From Candidatus Kaiserbacteria bacterium RIFCSPLOWO2_01_FULL_51_21 (GTDB taxonomy: Bacteria > Patescibacteriota > Minisyncoccia > Phycocordibacterales > 2-01-FULL-51-21): 64,000 nt of DNA. The translations under genes and the position numbers were made by a program. Positions 1-9,605 of the stretch are shown here, piece by piece. The notes under the pieces are model-generated. The model was not told the origin of the DNA. It ran no database searches and saw only the letters and a list, made by a program, of their open reading frames with translations. Each line of letters starts with the position of its first letter. Within the stretch, counting starts at the first letter, position 1. The stretch covers positions 11,268 through 75,267 of the forward strand of contig MFLV01000011.1 in assembly GCA_001781435.1 (NCBI GenBank), given 5' to 3'.

Positions 1-1173
1 GATGCGTGTCGGGTCGTCTTTAGGTTTTGCCTGCATACCGGCAAGTTCGTGCACAAAGGGTTTCATTGCCCCATCCATTCCCACATGATGAATAATGGGA
101 ATGGCATTCGCTTGCGCGAGCGCGAGGTCGTCTTCCCCGAACGCCGGAGCAATGTGTACGATGCCGGTTCCTTCCGCCATGGTGACAAAATCGGCGGTGT
201 AAATTTTCCAAGCATTCTCTTTATTCACAAACGACTCGTTGACAAAGTAATCAAATACCGGCCGGTAACGCTTTCCCGCAAGTTCAGAACCCAAAAACTC
301 CGTCACAATCGTGTACACTCCCTCGAGGGTTCTGAGGCGATCGCGTGCCAGAATAAACCGCTCATCGCCAATTTGCACGAGCACGTAGCTTGCGCCGGCC
401 GCTACGGCAAGCGCCATGTTCCCCGGCAGAGTCCACGGCGTTGTGGTCCACGCCAAAAGATAGGTTCGGGGGCCTGCCCCATCAGAAGCGGACACTTGAG
501 CATCGCCAGCTCCACCAGTTCCAATAGGGTCAAGCAATTCGAATTTAACGGTGATGGCAAGATCAGTAACATCTTTATACCCCTGGCTTACTTCAAAATT
601 CGAGAGTGTCGTCCCGCAACGCGGGCACAACTGCATCGCTTTAAATCCTTCGTAAATGAGTTTTCTGTCGAAGAGCGTTTTAAATGCCCACCACACCGAT
701 TCGGTATAGGAAGTGTCCATCGTCTTATAATCGCGCTCCATATCCACGAATCGTCCCATCCGCGGCACGATACGTTTCCAGTCAGCGACATACCTAAGCA
801 CCCTCTCGCGTGCCGCTTTGTTGAAACGACCAACGCCAAGTATTTCAATATCTTTTTTTGTTTTGATATTGAGCTCCTCTTCGATCTGGTTTTCCAAAGG
901 AAGGCCGTGGCAATCCCAACCCCAGCGTCGGCGCACCCGGAAGCCTCGCATCGTTTTGTAGCGCGGAATAGCGTCCTTAATGGTGCCTGCAAGTATGTGC
1001 CCATAATGCGGCAATCCCGTGGCGAATGGGGGGCCATCATAGAAAATAAACTCCCCCAGAGAGGCTTTCTTCCCTTCGGATTTTTGGAAAATATTGTTTT
1101 TATTCCAGAATTCCAAAACCGCCTCTTCTCTCCTCGCCCGCTCGCTCTTTTCCTTCTGTTTCTCCATGTCCAT
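1..1173 (-). CDS. ileS: Isoleucyl-tRNA synthetase, N-terminal part (truncated by window start)
   Basis: Manual translation from ATG 1173: MDMEKQKEK...EFIFYDGPPFATGLPHYGH...RRWGWDCHGLPLE; HIGH-type motif of type 2 IleRS. Not in the ORF track because there is no stop in the window. Confidence 0.95.
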   Translation of the reverse strand, partial: MDMEKQKEKSERARREEAVLEFWNKNNIFQKSEGKKASLGEFIFYDGPPFATGLPHYGHILAGTIKDAIPRYKTMRGFRVRRRWGWDCHGLPLENQIEEELNIKTKKDIEILGVGRFNKAARERVLRYVADWKRIVPRMGRFVDMERDYKTMDTSYTESVWWAFKTLFDRKLIYEGFKAMQLCPRCGTTLSNFEVSQGYKDVTDLAITVKFELLDPIGTGGAGDAQVSASDGAGPRTYLLAWTTTPWTLPGNMALAVAAGASYVLVQIGDERFILARDRLRTLEGVYTIVTEFLGSELAGKRYRPVFDYFVNESFVNKENAWKIYTADFVTMAEGTGIVHIAPAFGEDDLALAQANAIPIIHHVGMDGAMKPFVHELAGMQAKPKDDPTRI

Positions 1174-1318
1174 AAAAACCTTTATATTGTAACATTTTTG
1201 AAACCCGCCCAAAAAATCTACCCCAGCAAGAATTTTCGCCCCGGGTTTCCCATTTTCTTGATTTATTTTTTATATATGATATAATAAAAATTAGATTAGG
1301 CCATGGGAGGGCCGAACA

Positions 1319-1960
1319 ATGACTACCATTTCACAGCGAGTCGAAGACCCGCTGCTTGCGGTGTTGCTTCGTCTCTTTCCACACCCGACAGTCAAGGATG
1401 CAATGAACTGTCTGAAGATTGAACAGGTCCAAGATGCCGCGGTCAGGGTGGCAGAAAGAGCACGTCAGTTCGCCATCGACGAAGACGAAAGACGCCGAAC
1501 GAAAGGGGGGAAGGACCTCATCAACTATCGCGGATTTTACGTCGGCGCCGTTGGTATCGGGCTGATCTTAAGTCCCTGGCAAGGTCCCTATCCGTATACC
1601 TGGTTTGCTTTTGCCGCGTTTAACACCAAGCCTTCCAAAAAGGCTCGCAAATATTGCGCTGAAAAGCGACTCATGCGTGGCGCACGCAAGAACAGATGCA
1701 CGTGTTTGGGTGGTCTTGCGGTATCAGGAGAGCTACAGCCTGATGGCCGTAGTGGCATCCAGGGCTTGAATCTCGACCCCTGCGGGGCATGCCGGGATGA
1801 TGCGGCAGGTGAATACCGTTCGCTTTTCCGCAACGGCACCCTCCTCCTCACCGCTCAACCGGGTAGTCAGTTTCGGGAAGTGAAAACAATGTCGCAGCTC
1901 ATGGAGGCCCACGGCGAGAAATGGCCTCAACTGAGTAAGCATCGTGCGGGTCGTCCTTAG
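1319..1960 (+). CDS. Cytidine-deaminase-fold zinc protein with N-terminal extension
   Basis: FYVGAV, N..., CAE and PCGACR motifs; GGGAGG SD upstream. Confidence 0.7.
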   Translation: MTTISQRVEDPLLAVLLRLFPHPTVKDAMNCLKIEQVQDAAVRVAERARQFAIDEDERRRTKGGKDLINYRGFYVGAVGIGLILSPWQGPYPYTWFAFAAFNTKPSKKARKYCAEKRLMRGARKNRCTCLGGLAVSGELQPDGRSGIQGLNLDPCGACRDDAAGEYRSLFRNGTLLLTAQPGSQFREVKTMSQLMEAHGEKWPQLSKHRAGRP

Positions 1961-2085
1961 AGAATGGAACTGGAACATCGGATGTTCTAGTTTACGAGGC
2001 ATCGTCTTGGTAATCTCTCAGTAAGAATATTCGCGTCAACCTGCGACCTCGAGTTATGCTCGAGGCGCATTTTTTTTATAACTCC

Positions 2086-3774
2086 TCACATCCGCTCGGG
2101 GGTTTTGATGCCAAGGAGAAAAAGACCATTCATCATGGTTTGGTGAAATGCTTTGGTGAGTGCAAGTTTGTAGGGAGATTCGGGGGTATCGTCAATTATT
2201 TTTTCTTTTGCGTACCAGCTGTTGAACGTGCCGGCAAGCTCGGTGAGAAACGTGGCGACATAGTGCGGCTCGTATTCCCGCGCCGCGCGCTCAACAATTT
2301 CAGGAAAACGATATAAGAGTCGTTCAATTTCAATAACCTCTTTCGGCACACGCTCGACGTTATCCGCGCTTCCCGCTCTTCCAAGAATGGAGTGAGCACG
2401 CGTTGCCGCGTATTGAAGATAAGGACCACTGTCGCCCTCAAACGAAACAGATTTTTCAAAATCAAAAACGATATCGCTCCCCATTCCTTGCTTGAGAATG
2501 GAATACTTGATGGCGCCAATTGCGATTGCCTCGATAGTCTCCTGCTCCTTCCCCGTCGCCCGTTCGCTCATTTTCTCCTTCACTCTTTTTGAAACTTCAT
2601 CGATAAGCGACTCGGCAGTAACAATGTCACCAGTGCGCGAGGACATTTTCCCAGACGGGAGCCGCAGCATCCCATGCGGAATATGCACGATTTTTTCCGC
2701 GAGTTTCGCGTTAATGCGGCGAAGCGCGGCAAGAACTACCTTGAAGTACTCGACTATCTCATTGCCCGTGATGGAAACAAAAATGTCAGCCGGGTGACGC
2801 TCCTCTTTTAGAAACGCCAGACCGATTTCTTTTGCTTCATAGGTTGGCAGTCCTTCGGAATTCAGAAACACGCGGGTATGGAGTCCTTCTTTTCCCCCAC
2901 GAAAAACTATAGCCCCCTCACTTTGTTCAAAAACTTCTGGGTGTTCTTCGACAATTCTTTTTCCATATACTCCGCTATAAGATTCAAAATAATAATAATC
3001 AAATCCTGTTCCAGTTTTTTCATTAAATGTTCCCAGTTTTTTATAAATTTTTTCAAATTCCCTGAATGATTCGGCTTTCCCTTCAGAATAAAGTTCTAAT
3101 AAATCCTTTTTTTTACTACCTTTTCCATAGAGGCTTTCATATATTTCTTTATTAATTTCTCGAATTTCTTTTTTGGCTTCCTCCTCTTCTTCATATTTAG
3201 CAGCACCCCATCCGTAAGCCTCTCCCCATTTAACATTTGGTTTCTTCATTTTCCCCCAAAGCGCCTTTGCAACATGAAGCCCGACATCACCCTGATAGCT
3301 TGCCCGCTTCACTTCCGCGCCGGAAAACTCAATGAGCCGCGCAATAGATTCACCAATCGCATTACTCATAAGATGCCCAATGTGAAATTCCTTGAATGGG
3401 TTCGGGTCGGTGTATTCCACCATTACCTTCTTTCCAAGAAGCATCTTGTTCTTTCCCCACTCTTCCCCCGATTCGAGAATTTTCCTTACATTACCGGCAA
3501 AAAAATCCCTTGAGAGAAAAAAGTTGATGAAACCGGCCCCCGCCACGTCAACTTTTTCCACCTCCTCCAGCTGCTGTTGTACGATATATCGTACAACTTT
3601 CTCGGCAAGCTCCCGTGGATTGCCGCCCTGCGATTTCGCCAGTACTAGCGCAACATTGCTCGCATAATCTCCGTGCAAGATATCGGCCGGATGCTCCAGA
3701 TAAATGTCGGGGATGGAGAGACCGAGACTTTTGAGCGCCTCCATTATCGACTGCTTGATTTTCTCAACAATCAT
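2086..3774 (-). CDS. argS: Arginyl-tRNA synthetase
   Basis: HGDYASN, PNPFKEFHIGH, KMSSRTG, GDSGPYLQY, C-terminal PERM; start placed 7 nt after TACAAT. Confidence 0.97.
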   Translation of the reverse strand: MIVEKIKQSIMEALKSLGLSIPDIYLEHPADILHGDYASNVALVLAKSQGGNPRELAEKVVRYIVQQQLEEVEKVDVAGAGFINFFLSRDFFAGNVRKILESGEEWGKNKMLLGKKVMVEYTDPNPFKEFHIGHLMSNAIGESIARLIEFSGAEVKRASYQGDVGLHVAKALWGKMKKPNVKWGEAYGWGAAKYEEEEEAKKEIREINKEIYESLYGKGSKKKDLLELYSEGKAESFREFEKIYKKLGTFNEKTGTGFDYYYFESYSGVYGKRIVEEHPEVFEQSEGAIVFRGGKEGLHTRVFLNSEGLPTYEAKEIGLAFLKEERHPADIFVSITGNEIVEYFKVVLAALRRINAKLAEKIVHIPHGMLRLPSGKMSSRTGDIVTAESLIDEVSKRVKEKMSERATGKEQETIEAIAIGAIKYSILKQGMGSDIVFDFEKSVSFEGDSGPYLQYAATRAHSILGRAGSADNVERVPKEVIEIERLLYRFPEIVERAAREYEPHYVATFLTELAGTFNSWYAKEKIIDDTPESPYKLALTKAFHQTMMNGLFLLGIKTPERM

Positions 3775-3807
3775 TGCGGCCATTGTAGCACGCACCGAGA
3801 GCCCAAT

Positions 3808-4494
3808 TCAGAGCTTGAGGCGACGGCTGACTGCCTGCCGAATCTCCTTGCGGATTGATTCAACTGAACGCATCTTGCCGCGAGGAGCACAGGTGATTTC
3901 AATCCAGTCAGGCCGCGTTGCGGCAAGAGAGCGGTATTGCCGTATCGCCGCCCGCTGGAGAGAAGGGTTGCGTTCGTGGTAATCTTTTCGCCACTTTGTG
4001 TTATTCAAGTAGGGGCGTTTTTTCTTTTCGGCGATAAATTTCTGCGAGACGGCAAGGAGCACATGTAAATAAATTACGAGCGACGGTCGCGGTATGCCGA
4101 GCTCCCGGTACTCAAGCTTTTCAAGCCACTTGATAAAAGCACTCCGCTTCCTCCCGGACGAAAATTTTGCCGACTGGTATGCCGCATTGCTCGGCGTGTA
4201 GCGGTTGCAAACCACGACGCCACGGGAAAGCGCCTTGGTAATTTTAGGAATGGCGCTCACGCGGTCGAGTATATAGGGCAACGATGCAATTTCAGGAAAC
4301 ATTGCCACAAAATCGCCGAATTCTCCCGCGAGCGCTCTCCCAACGAGCGCCCCGGCAAGTGATTCCCGGTAGCGGGGAAAATCGAAGTACGCAACGCGGT
4401 GCTTTTTTGAGAGCTCCTTCACGAGCGCTTTCGCTTGAGTCTTCTTGCCGGCTCCGTCGGAGCCCTCAATGACGATAAGACTTCCTTTCTTCAT
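3808..4494 (-). CDS. tmk: Thymidylate kinase
   Basis: IEGSDGAGKKTQ P-loop, FPRY, NRYxxSNxAYQ; in thyA/dcd cluster. Confidence 0.9.
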   Translation of the reverse strand: MKKGSLIVIEGSDGAGKKTQAKALVKELSKKHRVAYFDFPRYRESLAGALVGRALAGEFGDFVAMFPEIASLPYILDRVSAIPKITKALSRGVVVCNRYTPSNAAYQSAKFSSGRKRSAFIKWLEKLEYRELGIPRPSLVIYLHVLLAVSQKFIAEKKKRPYLNNTKWRKDYHERNPSLQRAAIRQYRSLAATRPDWIEITCAPRGKMRSVESIRKEIRQAVSRRLKL

Positions 4495-4509
4495 TGTCGA
4501 CAATTTCTC

Positions 4510-5778
4510 TTACAAAAATTGCTCGGGAATCGGAAATTGTTTGCATAGAGTTCTCACTTCTTCCCGAATTTCTTTTTTCTTTGCGTCGTTGTCCTTGTTT
4601 TTGAGCGTCTCAACCAGGAGTTCAGCCACTCGAGCGGACTCTTTCTCCTTGAAACCGCGGGTCGTTATCGCCGGCGTACCAAAGCGGATACCGGAAGGGT
4701 CCATCGGTTTCCTCGGGTCATCGGCAATCATGTTCTTGTTAAGGGTAATGCCCACCTCGTCAAGCACCGTCTCCGCTTCTTTGCCCGAAATACCGAGCGA
4801 GCCATGCACGTCGGCAAGAATCAGATGGTTGGATGTCCCCCCACCGATCATGCGGATACTGTGGCGGTGCAGCACTTCCTCCATCGCTTTGGCATTCTTA
4901 AGTATCTGCGCTGCATACGTTTTGAATGAAGGATGCAGGGCTTCACCAAAGGCAACCGCTTTTGCTGCAATGTTGTTCATATGCGGACCCCCTTGAAAGC
5001 CAGGAAAGACCGTTTTGTCTATTTTTTTGGCAATATCTTCGCTCTCTCTCGTCAAAATCATGCCTCCGCGGGGGCCTCGTAGTGTCTTATGCGTGGTGGT
5101 CGTAAGCACATCAAAACCAGAATCAAAGGGGTTCTTCGCGGCACGCCCGGCAATGAGACCGGCGATATGGGCGATGTCCATAACCGCATATGCTCCGACT
5201 TCTCGAGCGATGGAAACAAATTTTTTGTAATCGAGTTCCCGCGAGTATGCCGAAAAGCCCGCGAGTACAATTTTCGGCTTTGCTTCTTTGGCAACGCGCA
5301 ACATTTCGTCGTAATCAATTTCTCCCGTGTCAGGATCTTTCATTTTGTACCGTACAAAGTTGAAGAACTTGGTGATGTAGGTCACGGGATGCCCGTGCGT
5401 AAGATGCCCTCCGTGAGAGAGATCCATGCCGAGCACCGTGTCCCCTGGTTCAAGAAGAGCAAAGTAGAGAGCAACGTTGGCAGGGGCGCCAGAGAGCGGC
5501 TGCACATTGGCAAACTGGCAGTTGAATAATTTTTTAGCCCGCTCGATGGCAATTGTTTCAACAACATCAGTGAACTCCTGCCCACCGTAGTAGCGCTTAC
5601 CGGGATACCCTTCGGAATATTTATTGGTAAGGACCGAGCCCATCGCTTCGCGAACGGCTCGGGATACGTAATTTTCCGAAGGGATAAGCTCCAGCCCTTC
5701 CGCCTCTCGTTGTTCTTCGCCTTCAAGAGCATCAAAAACCTCCTTATCCTGTTTTTGTATGTGTTCGTAGAAATTCAT
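4510..5778 (-). CDS. glyA: Serine hydroxymethyltransferase
   Basis: LIPSENY, NKYSEGYPGKRYYGG, TTTTHKTLRGPRGG. Confidence 0.98.
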   Translation of the reverse strand: MNFYEHIQKQDKEVFDALEGEEQREAEGLELIPSENYVSRAVREAMGSVLTNKYSEGYPGKRYYGGQEFTDVVETIAIERAKKLFNCQFANVQPLSGAPANVALYFALLEPGDTVLGMDLSHGGHLTHGHPVTYITKFFNFVRYKMKDPDTGEIDYDEMLRVAKEAKPKIVLAGFSAYSRELDYKKFVSIAREVGAYAVMDIAHIAGLIAGRAAKNPFDSGFDVLTTTTHKTLRGPRGGMILTRESEDIAKKIDKTVFPGFQGGPHMNNIAAKAVAFGEALHPSFKTYAAQILKNAKAMEEVLHRHSIRMIGGGTSNHLILADVHGSLGISGKEAETVLDEVGITLNKNMIADDPRKPMDPSGIRFGTPAITTRGFKEKESARVAELLVETLKNKDNDAKKKEIREEVRTLCKQFPIPEQFL

Positions 5779-5789
5779 ACAACAGCATA

Positions 5790-6749
5790 CTACCCGTGGA
5801 GCGCTTTATTGTAACCGCCGGCAACCGTAAGTTCCGCTTTTATGGAGCCATGTGGTTCATAGTCGACCAGTTCCACGTACTCCGGCTTGAAGCTTTCAAG
5901 AGAGTTAAAGGACTCCGTGAAGCGGAGCTTCGGAAATGGTTTGGGTTCGCGCCCGAGTTGTTCCTCGACTTGTGCGCGGTGATTTTCATACATATGCACG
6001 TCTCCAAAAGTATGGATAAATTCTCCCGGTTCTCGCCCGAGAATCTGCGCCACAATGACAGCCAAAAGCGCATAACTTGCAATGTTGAAGGGAACGCCGA
6101 GAAAGACATCGGCGCTACGCTGATAGAGCTGTAAGCATACTTTCCCTTTTTTTATATTGAGTTGGTAAAGATTGTGGCAAATGGGAAAGCGGGCACCTTC
6201 TCCAGGACGCGCCATGGCATAGAGGTATTCCGGATTCCACGAGGTAACGAGGGTATTGTGTGCATCGGCGTCCTTGCGGAGTTCATCAATAGTCCATTGC
6301 AGCTGATCTACCGTTCTGCCGTCAGACGCCGGCCAGCGCCTCCAAAGTTCACCATAAATATGTCTAAGCTCCCCATGTTCCTTCGCAAATGATGCATCGG
6401 TTTTAATCCTCTCAATAAAAGCATCTTTTCCCATGGCAGCCACAAGACCTTTTTCGACTTTTTCGACATAGAGTTTATACGGATAGTCGTCCCATATGTG
6501 CACGTCTTGGTCAACGAGATATTTGATGTTCGATTGGCCGGAGAGAAACCAAAAGAGTTCATGAAGAACCCCCTTCCAATAGACTCGCTTCGTGGTGAGC
6601 ATCGGAAAACCATCTGAGATATCAAAACGGATTTGTCTGCCGAATACGCTGTATGTTTTGACTCCCGTACCTTTATCAACCTGCTCTTCTCCCGTGAGCG
6701 TTTCGCGCAAAAGATCAAGATATTGGTATTCGGGGTGTCTCTTTTCCAT
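5790..6749 (-). CDS. thyA: Thymidylate synthase
   Basis: FPMLTTKRV, PICH catalytic Cys, YQRSADVFLGVPFNIASY, GDVHMYENH. Confidence 0.97.
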   Translation of the reverse strand: MEKRHPEYQYLDLLRETLTGEEQVDKGTGVKTYSVFGRQIRFDISDGFPMLTTKRVYWKGVLHELFWFLSGQSNIKYLVDQDVHIWDDYPYKLYVEKVEKGLVAAMGKDAFIERIKTDASFAKEHGELRHIYGELWRRWPASDGRTVDQLQWTIDELRKDADAHNTLVTSWNPEYLYAMARPGEGARFPICHNLYQLNIKKGKVCLQLYQRSADVFLGVPFNIASYALLAVIVAQILGREPGEFIHTFGDVHMYENHRAQVEEQLGREPKPFPKLRFTESFNSLESFKPEYVELVDYEPHGSIKAELTVAGGYNKALHG

Positions 6750-6750
6750 G

Positions 6751-7308
6751 CTAGCGTTTTTTCTTTGCCTTCCGCGGCGCGACGTAGCCCCGAACGTTGT
6801 TGCCTTGATACCTTCCAACTTGGCGATAATTTTTCGCCGTCCGGGACGAAATGGTGGAAAAGGTCAACTGGGCAATCTGCATGCCGGGGCGGAGGATGAT
6901 GGGCACACTGTTAAGATTGCAAAGCTCAAGCGTCACCTGCAAGAAATGCCCGGGATTGATGAGCGATGCTGAGTTATGGACCAAAAGCCCGATACGGGCA
7001 AGGGAGCTTTTTCCGTTCATTTCAATGAGATACACATCCGAACCGAAGTGTTCTTTTGAGCAACCGAGGATTGAGACGCCAGGGTGGAGCACAAATGTTC
7101 CGCCATTCTTTACGGTCACTGTGTGAGTTTTTGGGAAAATCTTTTTTACCGGGTCGATGATGCTTGTGGTATGCGGTTCGGTGATGATGAAGGTGTTGCC
7201 AAGTGAAATATCATAACTCACTGGCTGGAGTCGCTTGCGGTCGAAAGGTTTGAGGACAATCGTGCCATGCTTCACTTCTTTCGCAATGTCGATATCAGAG
7301 AGAAACAT
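6751..7308 (-). CDS. dcd: dCTP deaminase
   Basis: LSDxDI, LQPVSYD, GKSSLARIGL, INPG, TLEL, IAQL, GRYQG. Confidence 0.93.
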   Translation of the reverse strand: MFLSDIDIAKEVKHGTIVLKPFDRKRLQPVSYDISLGNTFIITEPHTTSIIDPVKKIFPKTHTVTVKNGGTFVLHPGVSILGCSKEHFGSDVYLIEMNGKSSLARIGLLVHNSASLINPGHFLQVTLELCNLNSVPIILRPGMQIAQLTFSTISSRTAKNYRQVGRYQGNNVRGYVAPRKAKKKR

Positions 7309-7339
7309 ACTTGTGGGTTTATTGTCTTTAATATTCTAG

Positions 7340-7370
7340 CGTAATTCGTGATTCGTAATTCGTAATTCGG
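7340..7370. repeat. 7-bp-period array (ATTCGTA type)
   Basis: gtaattc-gtgattc-gtaattc-gtaattc between the CYTH gene and dcd. Confidence 0.85.
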
Positions 7371-7373
7371 TTC

Positions 7374-8078
7374 TTATTGAACCACGAATATTTTGTCCGT
7401 GCCATAATACTCCGGCCAGTGACTATTGTAGTAGGCAAACATTCGCTCAAGCCGCTCCTGTGGAAGCTCCTCAACGCCGAGCTCGCGCATAAACCCCTCG
7501 AGGGATTGCTTCGCCAAAGGAATCTCCGCGGTGTCATCCACGACTTTCTCAAACTCCGCCAGGTAGCCATAACCGGCGTTTTTATCAAGGCAGACCGTCG
7601 CACTCTTATAAGAATACTCCTCCCGCTCCCGCGACCACTTCGCCTGATAGCGAAAGCCGGCGTCAAGGAGAAGCTGGTCAAGCTCTTCAATTCTCATGCC
7701 GGTGACTGGCGCTTCGAACTCAAGCCGCGAAATCGTATTGTGACTTGAACCTTCATCGAGTGACGCTTTCACAACAAAAAGAAGATTGCGGTCGTCAATA
7801 AGGCGGGTGCGAATTGAAAAATCTTTCCCTCGTTCCAACATATCCGAAAGTTTTTTTTGATCCTCCGGCGAGAATGTGTGTGCAAGTGTCGCGCGAAGTT
7901 TTGAGATATCACCACCGACAAAATAGTGGTTAAGCTGTTTGCTTCGAGTGTGGCAGATAGCGGAAGGATCGAGTGTTTGCATGTCTCTACGCAACTTCTC
8001 TGCGCGTTCGCGATTTCCAAGAAGCGATTTGATTTCGATTTCGCAGGATGGCATGTTCCCAATTATACGCTTCCCCAT
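7374..8078 (-). CDS. CYTH-domain (triphosphate tunnel metalloenzyme) protein
   Basis: N-terminal EIEIK, QLNHYF, RLEFE, KWSREREEY, CLDKNAGYGYLAEFE. Confidence 0.85.
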   Translation of the reverse strand: MGKRIIGNMPSCEIEIKSLLGNRERAEKLRRDMQTLDPSAICHTRSKQLNHYFVGGDISKLRATLAHTFSPEDQKKLSDMLERGKDFSIRTRLIDDRNLLFVVKASLDEGSSHNTISRLEFEAPVTGMRIEELDQLLLDAGFRYQAKWSREREEYSYKSATVCLDKNAGYGYLAEFEKVVDDTAEIPLAKQSLEGFMRELGVEELPQERLERMFAYYNSHWPEYYGTDKIFVVQ

Positions 8079-8129
8079 GAACCCGAGAGAAGCTTACTCT
8101 CGCGAGAGTCCCGTGGTATAACACGAGAA

Positions 8130-8636
8130 ATGCAAAAGCCTCGGGTAAGCACGGTCGTCGCAATAGGCTCTGGCAATCGCGCCATTGGGGAAGGTGGGAA
8201 GCTTCTGTGGCATATCCCTGAAGACCTTAAGCGCTTTAAGGCAATCACCTTGGGACACCCTGTCGTCATGGGACGCAAGACTTTTGATTCTATCGTTGCC
8301 ATCCTCGGCAAACCCTTACCAGGAAGAGTCAGCATCGTGATAACCCGCGATGCCACATGGCACTATCCGGAGGTGATTGTTGTCCATTCGCTTGAAGAGG
8401 GGCTCGCGAAAGCCCGCGAGCTCGACCAAAAAGAAATCTTCATAGGCGGTGGCGGACAAATCTACGAGCAGGCGCTTCCTTTCCTCGATCGCCTGTATCT
8501 CACGCTTATCGACGAGGAAAAAGAAGGCGATTCTTTTTTTCCGCCCTACGAACATCTCTTTACTAAAAAAATTTCAGAGGAAGCGCGTGAATGGAAAGGT
8601 GTTTCTTATCGATGGGTTACCCTTGAGCGCGACTAG
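8130..8636 (+). CDS. folA: Dihydrofolate reductase
   Basis: AIG..G.LLWHIPEDLKRFK, VVMGRKTFDSI, PLPGR, IFIGGGGQIY, GDSFFP. Confidence 0.96.
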   Translation: MQKPRVSTVVAIGSGNRAIGEGGKLLWHIPEDLKRFKAITLGHPVVMGRKTFDSIVAILGKPLPGRVSIVITRDATWHYPEVIVVHSLEEGLAKARELDQKEIFIGGGGQIYEQALPFLDRLYLTLIDEEKEGDSFFPPYEHLFTKKISEEAREWKGVSYRWVTLERD

Positions 8637-8676
8637 CGAGTTTGCTCTCCTCGCATTCACCCGCGGCCGTGGGGCT

Positions 8677-9420
8677 TCACTCTCCGCCCTTTTTCCATCG
8701 GACCCTCCGCCAGAACGGCGCGAATATGTCGTCTTTGAGCGAAACACGGAATTCACTCCAGCCGCGCCTCGTACGCCGACCCTGCCATATCGTTTTCGGC
8801 ACCTCACGAATAACTGCAAGGGGTGTTTGTTCGTTTCCTTCTCCCATGACGAGCACTGCCGCCGCGGCAAGTGCGTCAGCCAGGTTTGCTTGCTCCATTT
8901 TAAGACGCCGCCCGAAGATATCGGGAAGTCCTCGGTAATCGTAGAGCGGCTGAAATCCGGAGTAGCCAAGAGCAAAGCCAATAGCCCCGCGGCGAAGTGG
9001 TGTTGACGTCGAGTCGGTGATAATGACTCCAAGATGTTTTAAACGAAAATGGAGCTTGAGTGCGCGGCGCAGGCGCGAAGCCGAAGCGTCGGGATTCTTC
9101 GGCCAGAGGATGTAGTGCCCTTTGCCGTTGCTCTCATCAATGCCGGCATTTCGAATAAGGACGCCGCGTGCGATCGTGTGAAAAACGTTGCGTCCAGCAG
9201 CGCGCGCATTCGGAAGAAAGAGTGAAGATTCCTTCCGAGCAAGCGCCTTTTTATCATTTGCCTCAACCGGGAGACAAAGTCCTTCATGAATACTTACGAC
9301 TTTTGAGGCAACGGCGAGCACATCTCCCTCTCGAAGTCGGAGGTCCGAATGAAAAATCGCCGCGAGGAGGTCATCGTGTGGCGGAATGAGCGCGTGGAGT
9401 TTGACTGGTCTAACGTACAC
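8677..9420 (-). CDS. CofE/F420-0:gamma-glutamyl ligase family protein (putative folate gamma-glutamate ligase)
   Basis: SKVVSIHEG, NAGIDESN, IITDS..PLRRG, DYRG.PDIFGR, MGEGNEQTP. Confidence 0.88.
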   Translation of the reverse strand: MYVRPVKLHALIPPHDDLLAAIFHSDLRLREGDVLAVASKVVSIHEGLCLPVEANDKKALARKESSLFLPNARAAGRNVFHTIARGVLIRNAGIDESNGKGHYILWPKNPDASASRLRRALKLHFRLKHLGVIITDSTSTPLRRGAIGFALGYSGFQPLYDYRGLPDIFGRRLKMEQANLADALAAAAVLVMGEGNEQTPLAVIREVPKTIWQGRRTRRGWSEFRVSLKDDIFAPFWRRVRWKKGGE

Positions 9421-9449
9421 TTATTTTACTTCAATCCCTTACAGGGACA

Positions 9450-9597
9450 AGTCACGAATAGTTTTTTGCTAAAAACTTCCTCGACCCCGCCTCGGATACC
9501 TTTGTATCCTGCGGCTCTGAATCCTCTAAGTATCGGATTCAGCACCTTGTGGATATTTGTGCGAATTGCATTCTCAAAATATCTCACAAGGTCGATT
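9450..9597 (-). repeat. Composite structured trailer downstream of rplK (modules M2 + M1)
   Basis: Minus strand: aatcgaccttgtgagatattttgag...aaatatccacaaggtgctg... then gccgcag-hairpin-gaggcggggtcgaggaagttttt-agca-aaaaactattcgtgac; similar to the tRNA trailers. Confidence 0.8.
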
Positions 9598-9605
9598 GAT
9601 GTTTC

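Noticed and set aside
49-1284. 411-aa plus-strand ORF
   Set aside because: Antisense shadow of ileS, which has clear motifs on the minus strand.
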